The position numbers and the translations under genes are program-made. Shown here one piece after another: positions 54,452-64,000 of a DNA stretch of 64,000 bases (position 1 is its first letter; every line of letters begins with the position of its first letter). The notes beneath the pieces are model-generated. The model was not told where the DNA came from. It worked only from the letters and a program-made list of their open reading frames with translations, and did no database searches. The DNA is from Octopus vulgaris (lineage: Eukaryota), in NCBI GenBank assembly GCA_951406725.2, contig OX597821.1, positions 107,694,001-107,758,000 on the forward strand. Direction: 5' to 3'.

Positions 54452-54764
54452 ATTAATGGAAAGCCAGTTCAGGGGGATGGGTGGAAGGTGAGGTAGACAA
54501 GTGATGTAAGAAGAAATACGTTTGTAGCAGCCATGTTATTCAATATTAGAAAGAAATGAAGGTGTAAAATGCCTGCAGTTTAGTCAGTGTGATCAGGTAG
54601 AATGTGCTTAATTAGGCTGGCCAGGTGCTTCTGGAGGTGCGCCACGAATGATACGCAAATATCTCCATTTAGGTAACACGCACACACAACACATATACAC
54701 ATACACACACATACACACATACAGACACACGCGGGCGCGTACACACATGTACACAAAACAACGT

Positions 54765-54849
<85 letters not shown>

Positions 54850-55145
54850 CACACGCACGCACACACACACACGCACACACACACACACGTATACACAGGC
54901 ATGAACAATTTGCTGTAAATCGATATATGTATTTGTGTATGTATATATACACACGCGCGCACGCTTACGCGCATACACACATTTACACACAGACATGCGC
55001 AAATAGTTGTATGTATATCTTTGCGTGTGTCAGTGTACATACTTGGATGTCCCTTGGAAGACACAAATATCAAGATATAGAGATATATAAATACACACAC
55101 ACACACAAATATATATATATGTATATGTATATATATGTATATATA

Positions 55146-55216
<71 letters not shown>

Positions 55217-55487
55217 TATATATACGTACATATATATATGCATGTATGCATATGTATATATATATATATGCATACATATATATATATATACACACACACA
55301 TATGTATATACCTATATATTCACCCGTACCTATATACATGCATACATGTGTATATGTATTTACATCCTGCATCCGTTCTTATTCACATAAATACTCATAC
55401 ACACAGATTCACATTCGCATAAATACATACATACGTACATACATACACACACACACACACATATATATATATATGTATGTATATATG

Positions 55488-55544
<57 letters not shown>

Positions 55545-55794
55545 TATTCACACACACAGACACACACATACATACACACACATAGATACACACATAGTGA
55601 CATACATTTATTGGTAAGATTTTTATTAGTTATTACCTCCCTGGGGCCTTCTTGCTCTTCTCTGAATATCGCAAGAGACATTTCAGAAACAATTGATGTT
55701 ATATTCCGAAATTACGCATTAACTAATTTTCTTTCGGGTGATCATTAGTTTGAAATATTACCTATATTGAACTCCATTTCAGTTAAGGTAATTA

Positions 55795-56331
55795 TTGGGT
55801 TGTCCGGAAAGTTCGTGCCGATTTATACTAGCTTACCTTTCGACTTATTTTAGAACACGGTTGTGTCTATAAAATAGGATTTGACTACACCGCCATTTAG
55901 AGCACAGTTTAAGCTATCTTTTCGTGGAAGAAGGTTTATGTTCCTTATAACATGTGTTAATTCTGTAACCCTTTAAAAGGGAAGATTCATTTTCGGCACT
56001 GGATGCTTTGGGAACCAGACAAAAATTGTTGCACACACTCCATATTCACCAGATATTGTTCCTTCGGATTTCCACTTATTCAGGTCTCTGCAGAATAGTC
56101 TTAATGGTAAAAATTTCAATTCCTTGGATGACGTAAAAAGATACCTTGATGAATTCTTTGCCATGAAATCCCCTCAATTCTGGGAAGAGGGTATTTTCAA
56201 GTTAAAGGAAAGATGAAGGCGCATTGTGCAACAAAATGGTTCATATTTGGTTGATTAAAAATGTAATGGCAAGTATTTATTGACCTTTCTGTTTCCTTTA
56301 AAAATCGGCACAAAGTTTCCGGACAACCCAA
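55795..56331 (+). mobile_element. Second copy of the mariner deletion derivative
   Basis: Same TIRs, TA flanks and deletion junction as 48668-49231. Confidence 0.95.
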
Positions 56332-56409
56332 TATTTTCAGAAAAGAATATCTATGTACAGTATTACATAGCTAATTAATGCGAAGAGCGGGCCAAATATT
56401 TACCACGAC

Positions 56410-56572
56410 AGGCGAAATGCTTAGCAGCATTTCGTCCGTCTTTACGTTCTGAGTTCACATTCCGCTGGGGTCGACTTTGCTTTTCATCCTTTCGGCGTCG
56501 ATAAAATAAGTACCCGTAGAGTACAGAGTCAACGCGATCGACTTGCCTTTACCCCACCAAATTTCAGACCTT
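56410..56572 (+). mobile_element. Meta-domain SINE, 5'-truncated
   Basis: ggcgaaatgcttagc...tttcatcctttcggcgtcgataaaataagtacc. Confidence 0.85.
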
Positions 56573-56975
56573 AGCTATAACATATCTAATTACGATTTTA
56601 GACGGGAAAAGCCATAAATGGCATTGTGACACTAAAGGCTTAGGATAAAATATATGCAGATACTCACGCAGACGTGAGAAAGAATACGAGAACAAAAAAA
56701 AACAAAAAAAACATGCATGAAGATGGAATTGTGAAGTCTTGGAGATTGGAAAGCATCAAAACGTGATATTAATGTAGGATATTGGAGTAAATATTTGCTC
56801 TTTTGTTAGGAGTATCATACTGATTAAATTGTCGACATTTTAATGAATTTCTCTCTCCTCCCTATCTCTTTCTCTCTCTCTCTCTCTCTCTCTATCTGTC
56901 TATCAATCTATCTGTCTCCTCCCCTCTCCTCTCTCTCTCTCTCTCTCTCTCTTTATATATGTATATATATATATA

Positions 56976-57271
56976 GGTTGTGAGCTCGAATCCCGGTCCG
57001 GGCTGCGTGTTGTGTTCTTGAGCAAAGCACTTTATTTCACATTGCTCCAGTTCACTCAGCTGTAGAAATGAGTTGCGACGTCACTGGTGCCAAGCTGTAT
57101 CGACCTTTGTCTTTCCCTTGGATAAACACTGGTGGCGTGGAGAGGGAGGCTGGTATGCATGGGCGACTGCTGGTCTTCCATAAACAACCTTGCCCGGACT
57201 TGTGTCTAGGAGGGTAACTTTCTAGGTGCAATCCCATGGTCATTCATGACCGAAGGGGGTCTTTACCCTTT
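56976..57271 (+). mobile_element. SINE (domain B + a further tail), 5'-truncated
   Basis: B box tcgaatccc, then gtgttcttgagcaaagcactttatttcacattgctccagttcactcagctg. Confidence 0.8.
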
Positions 57272-57301
57272 ATATATATATATATATATATATATACTAC
57301 G

Positions 57302-57679
57302 GCACTCCGTCTGTTGCGACGACGACGGTTCCAACTGATCCGATTAACGGAACAGCCTGCTCGTGAAATAAACGTGCAAGTGACTGAGCACTCTGCAGAC
57401 ACGTGTACCCTTTATGCAGTTCTCGGGAGAGATTCAGCGTGACACAGAGTGTGACGAGGCAGGCCTCTTTGAATTGCAGGTTCAGTAGAAACAGGAAGAA
57501 AGAGTGAGAGAAAGCTGTGGTGAAAGAGTACAGCAGGGTTCACCATCACCCCCTGCCGGAGTCTCGTTGAGCTTTAAGTGTTTCGCTCAATAAACACTCA
57601 GAACGCCTGGTCTGGGAATCGAAACCGCGGTCCTATGATCGCGAGTCCGCTGCCCTAACCACTGGGCCATCACGCTTCC
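57302..57679 (-). mobile_element. tRNA-derived SINE (domain A + tail 1)
   Basis: Homology to 20594-20953. Confidence 0.9.
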
Positions 57680-57686
57680 ACATCGG

Positions 57687-57779
<93 letters not shown>

Positions 57780-57872
57780 TAGTAATGGTAAGACAACAAA
57801 AGAATGAAAGAGACATAATAATGTAGAGGAATTTATTTGTAATATAATATATGACAATTATTCGGTTGCCAT

Positions 57873-57933
57873 GATAAAACTCCGAGTTTCGGATGTCGGG
57901 CCGGAAACCTGCTCCGGCATCTCTTCAGTTATC
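57873..57933 (-). ncRNA. Type I hammerhead ribozyme
   Basis: gataa-CTGAAGA-gatg-ccgga-gcaggtt-tccgg-cccga-catcc-GAAA-ctc-g-gag-TT-ttatc. Confidence 0.85.
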
Positions 57934-58143
57934 GAGGCAATCAAAATATGCTATGAAAATGACCGTTAAACAAAGGGAAATTACAATGTAAATGACCGTT
58001 ATTAAGTCAAAAGTGCTATTAGAATTACCGTTTTCCCCCCCTTACTTAGTCATTCTAATAGCTCTTTTGTCTTAATTACGGTCAATTACATAGTAATTTC
58101 CCTTTGTTTAACGGTCATTTTCATAGCATATTTTGATTGCCTC

Positions 58144-58204
58144 GATAACTGAAGAGATGCCGGAGCAGGTTTCCGGCCCGACATCCGAAACTCGGTGTTT
58201 TATA
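58144..58204 (+). ncRNA. Type I hammerhead ribozyme, mirror copy with stem III and stem I mutated
   Basis: Same motif but ctcggtg-TT-ttata. Confidence 0.75.
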
Positions 58205-58246
58205 ATGGTAACCAAATAATTGTCACATTATGTTACAAATACACAC

Positions 58247-58291
<45 letters not shown>

Positions 58292-58570
58292 ACATGGCAT
58301 AATTATAAACAGGGCAAATCTTAGCCATTTCTCTGCAGACTGAAAAGAAAATGATGAACAACCTTAATCGATTTTCGTAACTTATTGGGTTCTCATCAGA
58401 GGCGGCTACGTCATTCTGACATTCTCCTGAGAAAAAAGTAGCCAATCTGTTTATACACTCAACAAATGTACCAGTTACTTTAGGAAAGAGTCCCTAATTT
58501 GAATACCGAAAGTATTTAACACTCTATAAATACCAACGGCCTGTCAACGGGGATCTTAGTCCACACAGTA

Positions 58571-58843
58571 TCTATTTCTTTACTACCCACGAGGGGCTTT
58601 GTACAAAGAGTACAAACAAGGACAGACAAACAGATCAAGTCGATTATATCGACCCCAGTGCGTAACTGATACTTATTCAATCGACCCCGAAAGGATGAAA
58701 GTCAAAGTCGACCTCGGCGGAATTTGAACTCAGAACATAGCAGCAGACAAAATACTGGTAAGCATTTCGCCCGGCGTAGTAACGTTTCTGCCAACTCACT
58801 GCCTTGGTTTAATAATAATAACAATAATAATAACAACAACAAC

Positions 58844-58909
<66 letters not shown>

Positions 58910-59040
58910 CCTTTCTACAATAGGTACAAGGCCTGAAATTTGGTGGGAGGTGGCCAGTCGATGACATCGAACGTAAAGACAGACGAAATACCGCTAAGCT
59001 TTTCGCCTGGTGTGCCAACGATTCTGCCGGCTCGGCGCCT
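58571..59040 (-). mobile_element. Two Meta-domain SINE copies separated by (AAT)n (58571-58805 and 58909-59040, the latter internally deleted)
   Basis: Homology to 18497-18958. Confidence 0.85.
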
Positions 59041-59076
59041 TCAATAATAATAATGATAATAATAATGATGATGATG

Positions 59077-59138
<62 letters not shown>

Positions 59139-59139
59139 T

Positions 59140-59631
59140 ATCATGCACATTGTTTTGTCTTGGTATAAAAGATGGGCTACAGCAAATATTCTGCTCAATA
59201 CCACAGATTTGCTTGTCAGTTGTTTGACCTTAACCAGTTGAGCATGTCCCTTAGTGGCTGACGATATGTGCATCTCTGATCACGAGCAGAAGTAGTGGGG
59301 GAGCATCATAGCCATGTGTTGAGAGGGATTCTTTGGGGTTTGAATAGTTCACCTCTGGAAACATGGGTGGTTCTTTCAACATCCTTAAACAACCCTTATT
59401 CAGGGACCGTTTGAGCGGGATGGGCTACTCAACCTGAAGAAAATTCTAACTGGGCCCCACCTGCAAGGTCATGTGCTGTTTATCTTGATATGAGATCACC
59501 ATGTCGCGCACATATGGTTGTGATGCATGTGCCTGGTGTACCTTTATCAGACGGGTAGTCATGATGGGTATATTGGGCTTCGTATATTTTACCCCAGTGT
59601 CACTTTGATGGCATGAACTGCTCTCTCACTC
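59140..59631 (+). mobile_element. Non-coding interspersed repeat of about 490 bp embedded in (AAT)n, probably a LINE 3' UTR or non-autonomous retroposon
   Basis: Flanked by AAT repeats on both sides; its 3' end recurs at 5113-5208. Confidence 0.7.
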
Positions 59632-59746
59632 AATAATAATAATAATAATAATAATGATGATTATGACGATGATGATGGTGATGACGATGATGATGACGAT
59701 GATGATGATGATGATGATGATGATGATATTACTAATAATAATAATG

Positions 59747-59958
59747 ATTTCAAATTTTGGCACAAGGGCAGCAATTTGGGTAGAGGGTATAAGTCGATTA
59801 CATCTATCCCTGCACTCAATTAGAGGTTATTTTATGAACCCGAAATGATGAAAGTCAAAGTCGACCTCGGCGGAATTTGAACTCTTAACGTAAAGACGGT
59901 CGAAATACCGCTTTAGCATTTCGTCCGGTGTGCTAACGATTCTGCCAGCTCGCCGCCT
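59747..59958 (-). mobile_element. Meta-domain SINE
   Basis: caaagtcgacctcggcggaatttgaactc...tctgccagctcgccgcc. Confidence 0.88.
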
Positions 59959-60616
59959 TTACGATATTCAATATTGCACTCATCCAGTCTTAAATCGGCC
60001 ACAAAGCAGAATCGTTTCAACATCAGAGGGATTACTTTACGGTAAGCGTTCAAAGCAGAAAGCGGCAAAGATTATTCTGCCATTTCGCCACCTTGAGCGA
60101 GAGAGTAATGTCACTGATTAGAGAAATACATGAAGGGTACCCGGTGCAAGTAAGTTTGCACGGAAAATATGATGCAATGGTGTATCTGATTAAAGAAACA
60201 ACTTCAAATGTGTTAGATGTATAAGAAGAGTTAGCAGTTGGGGTGAGTTGCGTAACGTAATGTAATCCATTAACTAGTAACACATATCACAAGATGTAAT
60301 TGATAGGTAATTAGTACTAAAAGTTGTGTTAGCGAAAATACTGAGAATAGAAGGGAAAGAAAAATGTTTTCAAAGACCTTCTGTGGAGAACAAAGAATTT
60401 TTCTATCTTTAATAAAAAGGAAGATATATATGAAGGTTGTGAAAGAAATGGGATTTGGTTTATCGTAATTATGTATTCTATGAGTATTTACGATCAAGCA
60501 AGGAATAGAAATTTTGCATCGTCACTCGATATTTTAGAAATACAGGGTGTTCAAAAAGTCTCTTCACATATCGCGTCAGACTCTCCAAGATGTATTTCAA
60601 AACACGGGTAAAAGAG

Positions 60617-60936
60617 TCGGCGGAGGTCAAGACAATGGACCGCACACGCTTTGAGATGTTTATTTTTTATTTTTCATTTTTTTTTTACAAGAACCCACTA
60701 TATCGAGGACGGAGATTCTTTTCAGAATCTCCATACGTATTTCGCTCCGCAAATTTTTTTTTTAAGTGAAAATTTACGAAATTTAGTGGGGTGGTAGAGG
60801 TGGGATTTAAATTTTGAAATGCAGGTTTTTTTTGCAGATTCAGAATTTCCGCACTCGATATAGTGGGTTCCTGTATAAAGAAATCCCAAGAAAACATCCC
60901 AAAGGGGCTGCGGTTCATTGTCTTTACCCCCGCTGA
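60617..60936. mobile_element. Outer MITE-like inverted repeat with 45-bp arms
   Basis: 60617-60661 versus the reverse complement of 60892-60936: 37/45 identical by eye. Confidence 0.7.
60688..60873. mobile_element. Tc1/mariner/pogo-type MITE nested in the previous element
   Basis: TA-caagaacccactatatcgag ... ctcgatatagtgggttcctg-TA. Confidence 0.8.
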
Positions 60937-60994
60937 AGAGTCAACTTAGGTATTAAAAATTAAAGACGACACTTTCAACACTTGCAATGTTTTC

Positions 60995-61206
60995 TTTCTA
61001 ATATAGGTAGGAGGTCTGAAATTTGAGGCAGCAGTTAATATATATCACATCGATTCCAGTCCTTCACGGGTGCTATATTTCACCGACCCCCAAAAGCAGG
61101 AAAGGCAAATTCGACTCCGGCAGAGTTTCAACTCGGAATATGAAAAGCCGGAGGAAATGCAACAAAGCATTTTCTCCGATGCGCTAACGACTCTGCCAGC
61201 TCGCCT
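60995..61206 (-). mobile_element. Meta-domain SINE, diverged
   Basis: gacccc..aaag..ggaaaggcaaattcgac...ctgccagctcgcc. Confidence 0.75.
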
Positions 61207-61384
61207 TGGTATACAATAAAAACAAAGTATTATTTAAATCAGCGTTTCTAAATAATTCTTTTACCTGTGAGACACTTCGATTCCTGTTTTACTTGAGTGA
61301 AGCCTCAAAGACATTCGATGTTTAAAACGTCCTGTGATGAGCTGGTACCAAAATGTTCTTGGAATAGTTGTGTTTTTTTTTCTT

Positions 61385-61651
61385 TGATTTGTTTCGGTCA
61401 TTTTACTGCGGCCATGCTAGAGCACCGCTTTTAGTCGAACTAATCGACCCCAGGCATTATTCTTTGTAAGACTAGTATTTATTCTATCAGTCTCTTTTTG
61501 CCGAACCGCTGGGTTACGGGGACGTATACACACATCTATTGTCAATGATGGTGGGGCGACAAACACAAACACACACACACAAACATATACACACATGCAT
61601 ACATACATACATTCATACATTCATACATTCATTCATACATACATACATACA

Positions 61652-61684
<33 letters not shown>

Positions 61685-61868
61685 TTATATATATATATAT
61701 ATATACGACGGGCTTCTGTCAGTTTCTATCTACCAGATCCACTCACAAGGCTTTGGTCGACCCGAGGCTATAGTAGAAGACACTTTACCAAGGTGCCATG
61801 CGCAGTGGGACTGAAGCCCGTACCATGTGGTTGGTAAGCAAGCTACTTACCACACAGCCACTCCTGTG
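61385..61868 (-). mobile_element. SINE family C, full length with expanded internal (CATA)n
   Basis: Tail, microsatellite and head present. Confidence 0.9.
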
Positions 61869-61898
61869 TCTATGTTTAAGAAAAAAAAATTTATTTAC

Positions 61899-62225
61899 CT
61901 AAGTTTTAACACCAACTCTTTCAAAATAGTCACCTTTCGCAGCAATACACCTGTCCAAGCGTTCCCACCACTTTTGGAATCCGGCCTGGGAGTCGTTTTC
62001 CGTAAGCGAATCGAAGACCTTCTGCGATTCGCTCTGGATATCGATAATGGTTTTAAAACGGTGACCGTCGAGCTGCATTTTCATCTTGGAGAAGAGATGG
62101 AAGTCCGCAGGTGCTCAACAGGGCGAATAGGCAGATGCGGAAGCGATACCATGTAGTTTTTTGGTAAGACACTCACGAATGGGAAGAGCTAGGTCACAGG
62201 GTGCATTGTCGTCGGAAAGAATCCA
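61899..62225 (-). mobile_element. Mariner transposase C-terminal fragment (another mariner family)
   Basis: HLPYSP..APADFHLFSKMKMQLDGHRF..FQKWWERLDRCIAAKGDYFE. Confidence 0.85.
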
Positions 62226-62733
62226 AGACTTCGCGCTTCGGAGATCCGATCGTTTTCGCCAAATGTCTTCGGATATATTTGCAATTGAACGTTATTACGA
62301 ATTATTCTTTTATCTGTTTCAGTCATTTAACTGCGGACACGCTGGAGCTTCGCCTTTGTGCTTGTACCTAAAGGAGGAGGGGGTGGAGGAGGAGGAGGAG
62401 GAGGAAGAGGAAGAAGAGGAGGAGGGAAAAAAAGCAGCTTGAACAACATCAGTAATAAGAATGTACTTGAAGGAACAAATGACTTTCAGACCAAAAGAAA
62501 TTTCGAAGAAAACCAAAGCTGCACTGAGCAACCACACACGAACAATGATATGTACGTATTGTTCGAACAATTACAATGATGTACAATGTATATATACATA
62601 TATATATAGGGATGTATATATGTGAGTGCATATATACATACATATATGCATAGACAAATAAACAGATATAGTTATACTTAAGTATATTTTGGGTTACGAA
62701 AATATGTATAAGTAATATATATTTATGGTTTTT

Positions 62734-62802
<69 letters not shown>

Positions 62803-63736
62803 ATATACATGTATATGTTTATGTATGTATGTATGTAAATAGCTAAGCAAGCTAAACAAACCATCAGAATTCATCATGTTACACTTCCAAACAGTTACAA
62901 ATATTTACGCTTACGGAGTCAAGCAACAAACACATGTCTATAACATTCAATTAGGCATGGCAAATAAACAGTTGTAATCTCAGCGAAAATCTTCACTTAG
63001 CTATTCACATCATTGATTTCACTGAACGAAAGAATGCAAAATATTTTTTTCACAAAAAGCTTTGCAAAAACAAAAGAGAAACGTCTATACGAGCGCAGTG
63101 TCAAAATGGCGGATAACAACCACGACACAGAAATGGATGAAATGGCGTTGATTTCTGCTGCTGACGTAATATTATGACGTCATGGCACTGGTGGGTTTAT
63201 ATTTGTTCCAATAATTACCTGCGATTTTTTTCTTTGTTGAGTACTGTTTGGCTGTTTTCATTGTTATGTGTTTTTGTTTCCGTTGTTCTTGGTGAAGTTG
63301 CTTCTATATATTGCTTATGTTGTCACTCTACTCAACTTATCTCACTATTTATATGTATTCGTGCGTATGAGTGTCCGCGTCTATGTGTGTGTGTGTGTGC
63401 TTGCGTGTGTACATATATATATATATATACAGATGTATTGATAGATAAGCAGTTACATATATATATGGGAGACAGATTTGTATATGCATGGGTGAGTACG
63501 TACGTGTAAATATGTATATATGCATATATGTAATAGAATATATTTATCTATATATTTATATGTATATATATGTGTGTATACATATATGTATATTTATATG
63601 TATATACATTTACATGTGTATATATGCATATATATACATATGTATATACATGTATGCATATATATGTATATACCTTTACATATATATACATGCGTATGTA
63701 TATATGTGTGTATGTATGTATGTATACACATATATA

Positions 63737-63803
<67 letters not shown>

Positions 63804-64000
63804 TACATAAAGAGCAACAGATACAACGAAAACAAGAGAAGGGTCTATACATAAAAACTGTACCACATTCTCTACTTACTTAAATCTTAGGTGTTGCACA
63901 AATTACGTTTTCGAAGTTTAAGCAAAAGAATATTCTGTAGATAAAAAGAAGAACAATAAGGAGTCACGTAATAGCATTGATGATTATAATTCATACTACA

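Larger units (their letters stand above)
57776..58241. mobile_element. Fold-back cassette with mirror hammerheads between (TA)n and (CA)n
   Basis: Arms of about 195 bp at 57834-58028 and 58049-58241, spacer of about 20 nt; left copy extends about 58 nt to the TA tract. Confidence 0.9.

Noticed and set aside
54648-55748. 366-aa ORF, and the many similar YI/HT/CV/MYVC/poly-amino-acid ORFs such as 17467-18423, 37520-38308 and 52285-52968
   Set aside because: They are translations of microsatellites that lack stop codons; no domain or codon structure.

Overview
AT-rich, extremely microsatellite-dense eukaryotic DNA. The SINE families and repeat landscape look like a coleoid cephalopod, most likely Octopus (inference). 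No host protein-coding gene can be supported; nearly all ORFs in the track are simple-repeat artefacts, so the window is probably intronic or intergenic. Recognisable content: a 5'-truncated Penelope-like retroelement (RT + GIY-YIG) with an inverted pseudo-LTR (23.3-25.5 kb); a second, decayed PLE (40.0-41.3 kb); a full-length mariner interrupted by a CR1-clade LINE; several mariner-derived and other MITEs; CR1 and R4/Dong-type LINE 3' ends; a Helitron-like element; a diverged 5S rRNA copy; and about 30 tRNA-derived SINE copies with shuffled modules. The most striking signal, invisible in the ORF track, is at least 13 hammerhead ribozyme (HHR) motifs from several unrelated sequence families. 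Eight of them sit as mirror pairs in head-to-head fold-back cassettes within (TA)n tracts (5.9-6.1, 23.3-25.5, 27.3-28.4, 57.8-58.2 kb). The 27.3-28.4 kb cassette has a 471-bp unit plus a partial repeat that begins 7 nt from the predicted self-cleavage site, as expected for a retrozyme or circular-RNA template. All folds and alignments were read by eye; none is computationally or experimentally confirmed, and boundaries of diverged repeats are approximate.
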